From Macrostomum lignano (Eukaryota): a DNA stretch of 52,580 nt. The stretch spans positions 1 to 52,580 of the forward strand of contig NIVC01001930.1 in NCBI GenBank assembly GCA_002269645.1. Direction: 5' to 3'. Position numbers and translations under genes: made by a program. The notes below the pieces were generated by a model. It saw only the letters and a program-made list of their open reading frames with translations, did no database searches and had not been told where the DNA came from. Positions 1 to 14,000 of the stretch are shown in pieces; position 1 is the first letter of the stretch, and each line of letters begins with the position of its first letter.

Positions 1-58
1 AGCACGGACAGCCAACCCCTTTGGGCCTTTCAAGTCAAAAACGCAAAGGCATGCTTAC

Positions 59-3000
59 CCACAATATTCCAACGAGCCAAGCTGCCATCAGCCTCCAGCG
101 AATCCAGGTACGCAGTGATATTAGCACTGCTGAGTTCCGTCGGACAGGTGCCAAAAGGAGTGTCGAGTCGCGAAAGCTGCCACCTAAAATGATACTTAAC
201 GCTGGGCACATAGTTAGAAATGAATGATTGGAACTTCAGTGGAATATCCTGGTTGACCATGATGGCATCCGCGTTGCAAGAGTTGCTGAAATTTCTCGCC
301 ATGCAGTTGCTCACGCACCTGAAATAAAAAAGCAAAAGTACTTAATTGTGAATCTATCAGTTTTGACGAAAACTGTCGACCTGCCGACTAGAGAAGGTCG
401 GGTTCCATAACATGAACTAAAGATGTGCAGAAAACTTTTCACGGAGATTGCACTCACTGAACACCAATCATTGGCGATGGTCCCCTCGTTAAGCCAAGCG
501 TAATCCTGGACATGACCGGTGGAACATCCGGGTGTGCTGCGTCTCTCACCACCATGAGCAGCACGTGGTCGTCAAGTTCAAACATGTAGTTCGTATTCAA
601 TCTCAATACTTCGCCGTCCATGTAGTATAGGTGGTTGTACTTGCCACTCAGGCTGTCCGTGCGCCAGTTAGCGAACGCCGAATCCTCGTAGATGGCCTGT
701 ACACCCGGATCACTGAACTGGGAGTTGGCTAAGTCGACCTGCCAACTAGAGAGATTCAGGGCCTTGAGCCGGTGTACATACGTGCTCCAGATGTTCGCCA
801 GAAAGCAGCCGCGTAGATAGCCACCGCTGGCTGAGCTATCGGGACAGCCGCGGCCCTGCCAGTTGATGTCGTATTGAAGATTCGAGTCCAGCATGATCCT
901 GGGCTCGCAGCTGCGGTAGCAGTAAAACTCATACTTCAGGTCGCTGACCTCGCCACCTTCGAGAAACAGATTTGGATTTGAGCTGCAGGTTGGGTCAAGA
1001 GAGACCGGATTTCCCCACATTGTTTGAATTTGACTTCCCGTCTGGAACCATTGCTTCTGCTCATTGTCATAAACGGCTGTCTTGAGACAGGGCTGCAGAG
1101 CGCCAGTGATCACTTCGAATACCACACTCTCTTCAACTTTCAGCAATGGCAGGATTGTCATGAATGCTTGAAAGGTCACGCGGTAAGTTCGCATCGCCCG
1201 AAGGCTGAAGGCTGGCAGTTCAGACTGCGGAGATGAAGGTTCAGGTTTTCGTACATGACGCCGTCAGAGTAATATGAGAATGACATGTTGCCAGTGAGTT
1301 CAGGATAGTTGTTGAAGAATGCGGTTAACTCCGGAGCGTAGCTTTTCCAACTATTCTCCGTAGCATTGTAGACTTCAATTGTCCAGCGAACAGTGACGCT
1401 TGTGCTAAAGCAGTTGATCACGAGGTTGCTCTCCAACTGTATCATGGTATTCCGCATGTACCTCGGAGCTGTCCAGCGGGATAGATACGACGTCGGATAG
1501 ACGCAGCGGCCCTTGCCCACCGCCATCAGCCAAGAATGCGTCTCACGGGAAACCGTGTTTGCAGCAAAGAATGTGACATTTTTTGCGCCCTCCTGTGCTA
1601 CACTTTTGCTGAGGATTCCGTTTCCCCAGTTGGTTGGCCATGGACAGAGGCGTTGTAAACTCGATTGTAAAAGTCCGTTAGGTCAGTCATCCATACACTG
1701 TTCATGCCCATCTGGAATAGGCCGCTTGACTCGCAGAATGGCCTGTAACCAAATACATGGTAGCTGATCCCGTCGCTGAGTGCTGAGCCCAAGCCGAGAA
1801 GTCGATTTGATAGCAGGCCTCTGTGCCGGGCGTGCCCAGGTTGACCAAGACCGGATTCGCAGCGTTTATACCATTCGATTCTTCAGCATTCAGGCCGATG
1901 CCAAATATGGACTTTTGCACAGTGATCGAAATAGTGACAACTTTCCAGCTGATTGCGTTCGAAACGTTGACAGAAATTGAGTAATTTCCAGGCCTATTGT
2001 ACGAGTGTTCCACCTGAGCGAGAGAATTCGTTGCCAAGCTACTATCGCCAAAGTCCCACTGGCAGGTGACGGGGCTCCTGCCAAAGAAGGGAATCGTCAG
2101 GACAAACTTGACCGCTTTCTCCATGGGGAAAATCTGCCTGGCGGCAGCCGACATTTTCAGACTGTCGAGGGCGAAATCGGGGTGTAAATTGGCCTGGATT
2201 GTGGTTGCCAATAGGTCGGGGAGCAGCAAGAAGATTAGCTGCGACGTCTGGTCGGAAAGCCGGCTCGGAATGGTGAGCAGCGCTCTAATAGTTTCAGGGT
2301 CTCCCAGTGTCAGCTCGAGTGCAAAGCAGAATCTGAACTCCGAATTTACAGCTGCGCACGCGGCGTCCTGAGCAGCAGTACCTGCTGTACATTGGATTAA
2401 GTGCTCAGTTCTCATTGAAGCAGCCGTATTGTTTAGCGAAAGTGTGAGGTTGATGTCGAACAGAGGCTGCGGCGTGTCGACAGTCCGATTTCTACAGAGC
2501 AGTATCGGGACAGGCAGCTGGTACGTTGGACCCGGCAGCAGCAGGGGCGATGGATCGCGCAGAGCAAGCAGGAACTCGCGGGGATCGCCAATCACAATGC
2601 TAATCTCTGTTGAACAGGTGACGGAGCCAACTCGATTCTGCAGCCGAACCGTGACAGTGTAGTTGCCAGGCACAGTGAAGTTGTGGGTCAGCGTGAACCA
2701 CCGGTTCGCTCCCTGATCTGGCACCGTCACTGTGTGTCCGTCGCCAAAGTCAGCATCAGCCGTGAAGTCCGAGCCGAACTGCACGCTAACATTGAACTGG
2801 GCAAGCGTTTGCAGCGGAGACTTCGCGAAAGTTGAGCTAAGTGTCTCAATCTGAGCTTCGAAAATAATTTCTTGAACGACAACCGACTGCTTGAGTTCAA
2901 TGCGGGAAACCTGATTTTCAACTATTGCTGTCGCATTGTATGTTCCTCTCTTGGTGTAAGGGTGATTGAAGGCTTCTCTGTCAGTTGTTGGGTCCCAGGT

Positions 3001-6000
3001 AAGCAGGCCAGAGCTCGCTGGAGTTCCGTCTCCAAAGTCAAGGATGACTGACGCGTTTGTGGGCAGGAACTCGGCACTGTTGTCGCAGAAGAGCGTAGCG
3101 ACGCCATTTACTGGGCCTGACGAAGTCAGCCCGAGCAGCTCGCTGACGTTCCAGTAGACTTTGTCGGTCGTCACCGGGTTTTGTACGTAGATGAGCTGAA
3201 ACAGATTTAATTTATTACTCGTATTGGGTTGTTTTTGATACAACAAAATGCACGTTACGTTACTTTATATTGTCGATGTTCCCTCACCAATATGTTTGAC
3301 CAATTTCCAGAAATATAGTTGGTCGACTCAGTCTGCACAGTTCGGGGTCCCGGGCTGGTGAAGTTCCACTGCTGCTGCAACTCCGGACCTGTTCGAGTGC
3401 CATCCGTGAAGTTCCAAGTGTACAATGGCTGGCTGCCTTGGTGCTGGAGAACGTAGAAGCTGACTATTGCGTTGGTTTTGTCTGCAATGGATTTCGTAAT
3501 TTATTGCATCCTCTTGTAACTGGAAATGAAGTCTAAAAACATTTTTGCAACTCACAGTGAGTGGCGTTAGTCACGATTCTCACGCCCAGTATTGGCACCT
3601 GCACCCGGACCAGCCTGCTGAGCACAGCCGTATCGGCCAGGTGATTTGCAAATGTCACGCTCACGTTGTACATGTACTCGTCGGGGCAGTCCAGGTGGCT
3701 TCCGCCGGAGCAGGTGTTATTTCCCAGGACGGCGCTGGCTCTCACGCTGCCACCCGGTAGCCGAAAAACTCGACCGACTTGGCGAGGCCGAGCGTCGAAG
3801 GCGGCGCTGCGGTGGCCGCCAGGCTGGTGGCATTGTCCGCGATGCCAGATGACTCAACAAAGTAGTCCGGCCGAGGCTGCTGCTCGCGCACGGACACTGC
3901 CTGGCCAGGATCGGACACGGCCAAGATGTCGCCGGGCAGCAGATGCAGGTGCTGCTCTTGGCTGGCGTTCAGCTGCAGCGAGTTGAAGCCGGCGCTGGCG
4001 ACTGTCAGCTGCACCCGTTTGATGCTCAACAGCTGGCCGGCAAAGATGGGGAACTGGCTGGCCGGTCCAGCGGCATTCGAGCACCGCCGCTTCTGAAGGC
4101 TCCATCGGTCGCCGCCGATGCAGGCGAAGCTGCGCACGCTGGGCTGGCGACCGCAGGACTGACCGACTGCCAAGCAGGCGTTGCTCACGTAGCAGTAGGT
4201 GCTGCCGTCGGGGCACTGGGGCCGCAGGACCTGGCGGACAAGTTGATGAGACAGTTAGATTCAGTTTTATTGCACAAATAGAAGACAAATTACTCCCTTC
4301 TGGACTTCAAAACCCTAAATGAAGCAAGTAGCTATTTATTTTACCAAGGTGGAATCACAAAGGGCCTGTCTGTCAACTTAAACTCATAATGTGGAGCCCG
4401 AGTAGCTTATGTCACAAATGATACGTCATTCTGTTTACAGTGACACCAGGAAGCTGGATTTGAAAACAAAGTGACAAAAATTGGACTTGGGTTGAGAGAA
4501 CAGGAAAGGGATAATTAAGGACTCCACCTTATGCGCTCAAGTTTACATAATAATCCCTAATTATCCCATTGTGTGTCTCCCCCATCCCAAGTCCAATATT
4601 CGTCGCTTTTTGCCAAATCCAGCTTCCTGGTGTCACTGTGAACAGAATGACGGATCATTTGTGTACATAGGTTACTCGGGCTCCACTTTATGAGCTTAAG
4701 TTGACAGGCCCTTTGCACAGCACATCTGAGTAGAGACAAGCAGGAAATGCTAGTTTCACACTACTGTATTTCAAAGCAAATGTTGGCTTTAGCTGTTCGA
4801 CAAATCGCAATTGAGTAAGCGATGTATGGAAAATCAAAATCATACTTAGATCAGTCTAATTTAGCTATTGCGGCACAGGTAGTGAACGCAATGCTACGAG
4901 TGCTCACTTGAACATCGAAGCTGCCACCAGCCGACACATTAGCATGGAAGGCCACTCCAGTGACGGTACACGGCACGCTGACGTCATAGTTGAGCAGAAC
5001 CAGACCGGCTGGCCGCGTGTCCGCTGTGTAGGACTGCTGGCTCTCCGCTTGGCGAAAGTTCACCGGAGCCGCGTCTGCCATCGCAGGTTGGTCCAGGAGG
5101 CGGGCGGTTATTTGCAGAAATACTGGGTGGATGAACTGACAATCAATTACTGAATTTATTGTGCAATCGACTGTCAGTTAACTGTACATTTTCTGACTCT
5201 GATCGACCTGTTTTCTAATTCTTTAAGAGCCTGACGATGCCGGAGGCGAGGCGAAACATGTCGCTTATACTGTACATAATATTTTCCACAAAGATTTCAC
5301 TGTGGGTTCTTTGGGTCCTAGCCATTGACAATACTGACCGTCTCGAGGTGTAGCAGGCTGAGTACATAGCCAAGGTTAGGCCACAGACAGAATTAAGTTT
5401 GTCCATAAAGTTATTTTTTTAAAACATGAGCAATAAGCAATAGGATAGGCTTCCAGTAGGGTGTGAACTGCAAAATACCGTGTCAAGTATTTTCTATTCC
5501 AAGGTTAAACGTATAAAAATTTCACTCACTGAGCCCTCCGATGGCCACCGTCCTGCCATCCGCAAAGTCAATTCGAGCCGTCATGTTTGAGCCCATCTGG
5601 AACGGCGCCGTGATGGTCACCTCGGTGCCCCAGGTGGCTTTGCCGTCCGTGGACTCGCCGGCCGAGACCTCGATGCTGCCAGCTGCACTGACGCGCTGCT
5701 GAACCCGGCGCACCGCGGTCAGCGACATCGGAGAGTCGTAAAATTTGGGCTGCTGCACCTCTGCGTGCAGGAGAGCTTTTTGTCCTGCGGGAGGGGCATG
5801 GGTCACGTGATCACCGCTGTACTTCAAGTCATTACAGTAGTTATCTTGTAGCTGTCAGCTTGGCAACACTGACCCAGCGAGTTTTCCCAGACAGGCACGC
5901 TGGTCTCAGTTCCAGCCTGGTTTTGCTGCAGCATCGCCAGCTGCGAGTCCGCCCACTCCGAGTGGTCAAGCAAAGTGGCCTCGCCACTGTTCATGTCGAT

Positions 6001-8059
6001 TTCAATGTCCACCGTGTCACCGGCTGTGATGGCGTCTTCAGGGGCTGCAGCAGTTGGTAGCAAATTCAGTTATTTAGTTTATAATCTTATAGCCCCGAAC
6101 TCCCCTATTCGAATCCCATCTCATCTCCTGACTCCTCTATTCGAATCCCATCTCATCTCCTGACTCCTCTATTCGAATCCCATCTCATCTCCCGACTCCA
6201 CTATTCGAATCCCATCTCATCTCTCGACTCCCCTATTCGAATCCCATCTCATCTCCAGACTCCACTATTCGAATCCCATCTCATCTTCCGACTCCCCTAT
6301 TCGAATCCCATCTCAGCTCCCGACTCTTCTATTCGAATCTCATCTCAGCTCCCGACTGTTCTATTCGAATCCCATCTCATCTACCGACTCTTCTATTCGA
6401 ATCCCATCTCATCTCTTGACTCTTCTATTCGAATTCCATCTCAGCTCCCGACTCCTCTATTCGAATCCCATCTCATCTCTCGACTCCTCTATTCGAATCC
6501 CATCTCATCTCCCGACTCACCTATTCGAATCTCATCTCAGCTCTCGACTATTCTATTCGAATCTCATCTCATCTCCCGACTCCCCTATTCAAATCCCATC
6601 TCATCTACCGACTCTTCTATTCGAATCCCATCTCATCTCTTGACTCTTCTATTCGAATCCCATCTCATCTTCCGAATCCCCTATTCGAATCCCATCTCAT
6701 CTCCAGACTCCTCTATTCGAATCCCATCTCATCTCCCGACTCCTCTATTCGAATCTCATCTCAGCTCCCGACTATTCTATTCGAATCTTATCTCAACTAT
6801 CGACTCTTCTATTCGAATCCCATCTCATCTCTCGACTCTTCTATTCGAATCGCATCTCAGCTCCAGACTCCTCTATTCGAATCTCATCTCAGCTCCAGAC
6901 TCCTCTATTCGAATCCCATCTCAGTACTTATTTGATCGATTCGAATCCCGTCTTAGTTTCTAACTTTTCCGTTCTAACCCAGTGTTCGAATCCCGAACTA
7001 AGTTGGGATTTCCAACCCCTTCATAGCTCCTCGCAGTCGGACACTTACAACCGGACAACCGCATAGCGACTGTCTTGAAGACCGGCGTCGAGAACACGGT
7101 GCCCACAAAGGTCCAGTTGATGAAGCAGGCCGCAGTCTCCGACCAGTCAGCGACCTCGCAGGTGCCCGGCACGCAGTAGTCAGCGGCGGCGTCGGGCAGG
7201 GCAGCGACGGAGGCGTTGCTGCACTGGCAGGTGAGATTGTTCCACAGGGCGAAGCTGGACGGAGGGGAGAGAGAGAGCTGATGCTGCTGTGCTGATGAGG
7301 TGCCGGAGTTGATTGCTAATCTATAGCCATCGCGGATGAAGGAATAGAATGGATTGCTAATCTATAGCCAACACGGATGAAGGAACAGAATGGATTGCTA
7401 ATCTATAGTCCATGGATAAGCAACTGGAACGGATTGCTAATCTATAGCCATCGCGGATGAAGGAATAAAACGGATTGCTAATCTATAGCCATTACTGATG
7501 AAGGAATAGAATGGATTGCTAATCTAAAGCCATCGCGGATGAAGGAATAGAATGGATTGCTAATCTATAGCCATCACGGATGAAGGAATAGAATGGATTG
7601 CTAATCTAAAGCCATCGCGGATGAAGGAATAGAATGGATTGCTAATCTATAGCCATCACGGATGAAGGAATAGAATGGATTGCTAATCTAAAGCCATCGC
7701 GGATGAAGGAATAGAATGGATTGCTAATCTATAGCCCAGAGAAGCTCTAGTCAATACCCTACCTGTAATCAATCTGCCGGCAGGCGAGCAGGCAGTTGTC
7801 AGTCGGGTCGCTGGTTGCCATGGCAACAACACCGGGGCTAGCTCGGAATTCGCGCATAGCGCTGCCGGCAGTGTGCAGCTGCTTGCAGGGATACGGGGAG
7901 CCGTCTGGAAATGCAAAAGAAACGCGCATAGAAGAGGAGTGATGAACAGTCAGTCACATTAAAAGCTTAGAGTGAATGGCTCTCACCTGCAAAACCGACA
8001 AAGTTCCCGCAGGCTACCAGCACCAGCAGCAGAAACTGCAGCAACTGCTCCAAAGCCAT
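59..8059 (-). CDS. Polycystin-1-like (PKD1L/REJ-type) cell-surface protein, 3'-incomplete. Exons 7987-8059, 7763-7904, 7049-7254, 5530-6044, 4908-5122, 3556-4230, 3288-3519, 458-3195, 59-318; gene continues past position 1. Six apparent -1 frameshifts as sequenced.
   Basis: Signal peptide MALEQLLQFLLLVLVACGNFVGFA, then a GT donor. WSC-like CLLACRQIDYS|FALWNNLTCQC spans exons 2-3. Several PKD repeats (ILDFGDG...NHPYTKRGTYNATAIVEN; ADFGDG...HNFTVPGNYTVTVRLQN; WDFGDS...HSYNRPGNYSISVNVSN). REJ-like region with Q|CVSNC. All introns are GT-AG and phases match once single missing bases are allowed. Confidence 0.85.
6095..6955. repeat. 32-bp minisatellite (TATTCGAATCCCATCTCATCTCCCGACTCCTC), about 27 copies, in PKD1L intron 3
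   Basis: TATTC recurs at 6106 and 6138, and the period continues through the interval. Confidence 0.95.
7309..7737. repeat. 41-bp minisatellite (GGATTGCTAATCTATAGCCATCGCGGATGAAGGAATAGAAT), about 10 copies, in PKD1L intron 2
   Basis: GGATTGCTAA at 7351 and 7392, period continuing. Confidence 0.95.
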
Positions 8060-8944
8060 CTGCTTGTCTTCAACTTTTCAAACTTAAACTTAGGACAAAT
8101 ATCAGCTTAAGGACGGGACGGGAAGATAATTTTCGAGAAAAAACGCGAAATCGTCTCAACTTTATTCTCAAATCCTCACAGGAAGATGACGGCTCGGAAT
8201 TGCGCCACTCTTTATCGATTTTGGTAGGGCGAGGAGTGGGTGAGACAATCTGGCTGCTGACATTGGAGCGGGGCTTTGATTGTTTACAGGTTGCTATTGG
8301 CAACGGGAGGGATGGGGGCTAAAGGAAGGGGAATACAAATGGGGATCTTGTATCTGGATTTCAGCTATCTAGCGGGCTATTGTTATCGGGACCCATTGTG
8401 TCGGATGGCTGGATGGATGGATGAGCTTTTAGCAAAAATGATTCGATTCAATTTTAGTGTAGACACAAAATGCGTTTGGATGGATTGTTGTCTCCTAGAG
8501 GCGAGAATCTGTGTTGCTTTTAGCAGAAAAAATGACAAAATAATTGAACGGCTTTGATGAATCGATTTACAGGCTCATTGTTTGCTGTAGCAACCGGCTC
8601 AGTGGCGATGCAGTTGCTGGGTGAATTTTTAATCGATTTTTATCTGACTTCCTTTCTTCCCTTTATCGATAGAAAAAGCAGCCTCACGATGTGCAAAAGG
8701 AATTTTTATCTTTTCATCCAGCATAGTTAGTTCCTACTCAATGCTGTACTATGCTATACCACACAGTGCATAGAATGACCAACATATGCATGAATCAAAG
8801 GCGCTAGGCTCTAAAAAGTTATTAGTCCATCTGTAATACACTCTTAATGTTCGCCTTGTCTATTCCCTAGTTTTAAAACTTGCGGAGATTATCACTACCA
8901 GTAGCTTATCTCCGCTACCGCGAGCCCTGCTTGGACTCATCTGT

Positions 8945-9310
8945 AGGGACATCAGGGCGGTGACCATGGAAAAATCCGCAGTGAGGAATGCCCCTTCTGC
9001 CTCTCCGGTGTCGAGGATGCGGAGCACTTCATCTGTGAATGCCTCGCCTTTACTCAGGACAGGCTCACCTACCTTGGCCCAAACCCGGACCTCTCCGACG
9101 TTTTCAGGCCCGAGAATCTCCGCCAGCTCGTCCGCTACTTAAGAGCTACCGGGCGAGCGACAATCCACCTCCTGGACTCTCCAGAGTGGGACCGCGCTGC
9201 GGACACCGGCACCACCGGATCTCCCTGCGCGACACCGCAGCACCAGCTGCCCGTGGTCGCCAGGGGCTAGCGAAATGGGCGGCAACGGAGCCCGGAGCCC
9301 CCTGCGCTAT
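8945..9310 (+). mobile_element. 5'-truncated non-LTR retrotransposon (LINE) 3' fragment: ORF2 C-terminal CCHC zinc knuckle plus 3' tail
   Basis: The frame from 8989 reads [56 protein letters not shown] to TAG at 9268. The CxxC-x7-H-x4-C knuckle followed by an L..(F/Y)L..TG tail is typical of I/R1/LOA-like ORF2 ends. Confidence 0.75.
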
Positions 9311-10279
9311 CTTTTTGTTACTTGTAGAGAACAGAGATTCTATACAGATGTCCCCCAACGGGGGGCGAAGATTGCTAGTATCTCCACTACAAGTTTTACA
9401 GATTGATTCAATATTTTTTTTAAATTAGGTAGAGACAATGATTACTATATATTATTCAGTGTATTAGTGTATATTTGAAGATCTGTTGCAGATACATCAA
9501 AGCATAGCAGCATCGCAGCATAACAGCATAGTCTAACACCCTCCCGTGCGTCTTCAATGAAGAAATATCCTGGATTGCTGGGGCCTACGAAGTTTGCTAG
9601 CCGAAATGAGGCATTTTTTGCTAAACAATTTTTCATCACGTATAGCTTTTAGTTATAAAATATGTTTTTTAGCACTTCTAGTATCACTAATTAACTTAAA
9701 TCAGACATGTTTTATTGATTCTTTTCTTAGCGTATTTCCCTTATATTTCTACTATTAGTAGAGCAAAGAAACTTCAGAATAATTTATGCTAGGTTTTTTC
9801 GTTGTATTCGTGTTATTGTAATTAATCGATTTATCATTTTTTTCTCTAGCTCATTATTTGCCCCTACAGCTGCAAAACTCAACACCAAGCTTTTCGAAAC
9901 TTTTTGAAAGTAAAGCTAATGTTACTATTAATAATAAATGTACTACTTTTCACAATTTTCATTTTCTCAACAGGCTCCGGGTGGCTTAGCAAATCACGAA
10001 AATGCATGCATAGTCGGGATTGCTCTCGAATGAAATCCATCTAACTAAACAGACGAAGATCCTTAACGAGTTCAATGTCTTTCTTAAAACACGCAGCAAT
10101 CCATTTAGTTTAATCTGTTCCGATGGAAAGAAGTGGAAAGATTTTTATACCGGCGCTGTTAAAGACTTGTTTGATCAACCCGAAAGCTGAAATCTAGCAG
10201 AGCCTTTCTTATTTCCACCTTTTCTTTTATACTTCTAGTTGTATATCTTCTAATCGGTTATAGATTTACCACATTTTAT

Positions 10280-10610
<331 letters not shown>

Positions 10611-11001
10611 CTAGACACTAAGACACCATGACACTAAGACACCAAGACACTAAGACACTAAGACACCAAGACACTAAGACACTAAGACACTAAGACACTA
10701 AGACACCAAGACACTAAGACACTAAGACACTAAGACACTAAGACACCAAGACACACCAAGACACTAAGACACCAAGACACTAAGACACTAAGACACTAAG
10801 ACACTAAGACACCAAGACACACCAAGACACTAAGACACTAAGACACTAAGACACCAAGACACACCAAGACACTAAGACACCAAGACACTAAGACACTAAG
10901 ACACTAAGACACCAAGACACTAAGACACCAAGACACTAAGACACTAAGACACTAAGACACCAAGACACTAAGACACCAAGACACTAAGACACAAAGACAC
11001 T
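10611..11001. repeat. 8-bp repeat (AGACACTA/AGACACCA)n abutting the CAGA run
   Basis: Direct reading of the sequence. Confidence 0.97.
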
Positions 11002-11052
11002 GAGGCATCGCTTCGCCGAAACTTCTGGATCGTCAGCTTGTCAGTGCCGGTG

Positions 11053-14000
11053 TTATGTCATCGGGAAATTCATAGCCTGGCTGTGCATCCCCGAAGTCGC
11101 TGTAGGGCGCGGCTTCAGGGTGCGCAGGCCGCAGGTCAGCAGGTGCAGGAATCGAGCGCGGAACTGGCGATTCTTCCACACCAGCACCGCCCAGTTGACG
11201 GACTGGTTGAGCAGCAGCAGAATCTGTCCGACGTCGCCCAGGTTCAGGGCGGTTCTTAGAAAGCCGGGATCTGGGCTGTCTGAGAACACGGTGAGCTGCA
11301 GCACGATGTACCGAGCTATGCAAGGCGGCAGGCCGGATAGAAAGTACACCAGCGAGAGCAGCATCACGACCACGGAAGGGCCAATTGTGTCAGCAGTTGC
11401 GGCAATCGCGGAAGTGCCAGAAGCGGCAGTGACGGCAGCGGCTGGCGCGGACATCAGGTTGCGCCTGTTGCGCATAATCTGTAGAACCTTCCGCAACAGC
11501 AGCAGGTTCAGCAGTGTGGTAGCCAGCAGCTGCAGCATCGGAGGGATCATCAACAGCGCGTTCCAGACGATCATCCACACGCGCACGGCCTGACCGTAGA
11601 AGGGCACGGCGAGGCAGGCGATGCGGTTATCGAGGACGTACCAGCCGGTGAACATTGGTACAGGCAGAACGATCAGCACTGACAGCAGGAAGCCAACGGC
11701 CAGGGCTTTGGCGGCAAACTGACTGGTGAAGCTGCGAAAGCGGAACGGATAATGCAGGGTGAGCACTCGGTCCAGCGTCATCAGCAGGAACCAATTGGCC
11801 GACAGGGTGTGCGCCAGGTTGTGCGAGAAGCGGAACAGCCTGATGAGGAGGATCAGGGAGGATTTGGGATTTGGGGAAAAGCTGAAATTTTATTAAAACG
11901 GGCAACTCAATGTTTTTTTGCGACTGTCTCCGCTTTTACACAAGATTTCTAATTTTTTTGGAAAATCTGAATTTTTATAGCTTTTTGTCACTTCATTCCT
12001 CAACTCAAGTCGGCCGCGGAGTAGCTGAGTTGCGTCACTCGCAGGATTGAGAGACTTCACCTGCACTCTCAGTGGCGACCACAGACGCAATTTTCTGTGA
12101 TGCGACTTTTCGATGTTGCTGAGTATAATAAAGTTTTTACAACCGAAAATTTAATATTTTAAACAATTCGAAAAGGAAATAACTGATTTCTAGCAACTGA
12201 TTTCTAGAAATAACTAGCAATCTGCCCCCCCCCCCCCAAGTTGGGAGGCAACAAAGAAAGAAAAAAACAGTTTTGACTAAACTACATGTAGCTTTTGACC
12301 TTCTTCAGTCGCTATTGTTAGAATGTGGGGAAAAGTAGGCTCGTAATGTAAAGCAAAAAGGCATCAGAAAATGCTTGGCCAACCAACAACTCCCAATTGA
12401 CCCGAAGCATCTCAGCACCTCCCACACGAGCCACAGCATTTCAGCAATTTCCCAACAAGTAAAGCAACTGCCACATGTAGATCTTTTATTTGAGTTTCCC
12501 TACCGGATCTGTATTTCGTTGAAAAATGAAGCTTCACCTAGGATTAATTTAGATAGGTAAAAATGAATTTAACAGAAATTTGCACCATTTTCACTGCGTT
12601 TCTGGATAAAGCTTTATGGGTGTCAACTGCAGTACAGATCAAGTTCTACAAAGCAAATCTAATGTGGACTAGCGACCGGCCCCCCTTCCCAGATAGGCGA
12701 TTCCCACATAAGCTTTGACATCATAGCTTTTTAACTATGAGCCTTGATACCTCAGCAACTCCACCCGTGAGCTTTAATTGATACCTCAGCAACTCCACCC
12801 GTGAGCCTTAATTGATATCTCAGCAACTCCACCCGTGAGCCTTAATTGATATCTCAGCAACTCCACCCGTGAGCCTTAGTTGATACCTCAGCAACTCCAC
12901 CCGTGAGCCTTAGTTGATATCTCAGCAATATTCCACAGAACTTTGACATCTCAGCAACCCCCCCCCCTAATAGCCACAGAATTTCAGTAATTTCAGTAAT
13001 TAGATGCTTTGGCATCTCAGAAAATTCCCCCATTAAGCCTTGGCATCTCAGAAATTCCCCCAAGGACCACTAGAAGTTACAGTTGTAACGGTAACTTCTA
13101 GTGGTCCTTGAATTTACCCTATGGGTCTGGACATCTTAACAAGTCTCGGAAGAATTTCCTATATTTTATTTTCAACAGGGCGATTCTTTCATGGTTTAAC
13201 CCTAAACCAAACCCTGTTGAAGTTACAGCATTGCAGCCATTCCCTCAATGAGCCTTTGAAACTAAGCAATTCCATTTATGAGTATTTTATGGTCAACAGG
13301 CGAGATTCTTTGCTTGACATGTGCTTGAACATAATGCATGTGTCTTAGACGGAGTTTTCCATTTTTTATACAATGCGTTTCGTTGAATAAGGTTTACAAC
13401 AAACAATCCGTTAGGAACAAAACAATTGTAACGCCTTTTTAAAGCAAATTTAAGCCTTCTAATCAACTAGCAACTAAAATGAAATAAAATAAAACACAAG
13501 TTATGACTATAACTATGGTTTTGGAGTCAGACAATGGTAGATTGTGTCTATGGTTTTGGAGGCAGACAATGGTAGATTGTGTCTATGGTTTTGGAGGCAG
13601 ACAATGGTAGATTGTGTCTATGGTTTTGGAGGCAGACAATGGTAGATTGTGTCTATGGTTTTGGAGGCAGACAATGGTAGATTGTGTCTATGGTTTTGGA
13701 GACAGACAATGGTAGATTGTGTCTATGGTTTTGGAGACAGACAATGGTAGATTGTGTCTATGGTTTTGGAGACAGACAATGGTAGATTGTGTCTATGGTT
13801 TTGGAGACAGACAATGGTAGATTGTGTCTATGGTTTTGGAGACAGACAATGGTAGATCGTGTCTATGGTTTTGGAGACAGACAATGGTAGATTGTGTCTA
13901 TGGTTTTGGAGTCAGACAATGGTAGATTGTGTCTATGGTTTTGGAGGCAGACAATGGTAGATTGTGTCTATGGTTTTGGAGTCAGACAATGGTAGATTGA

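Noticed and set aside
10020-10190. Open frame of about 58 codons (SNEIHLTKQ...DLFDQPES*)
   Set aside because: It has no start, no clear splice partner and no recognisable motif.
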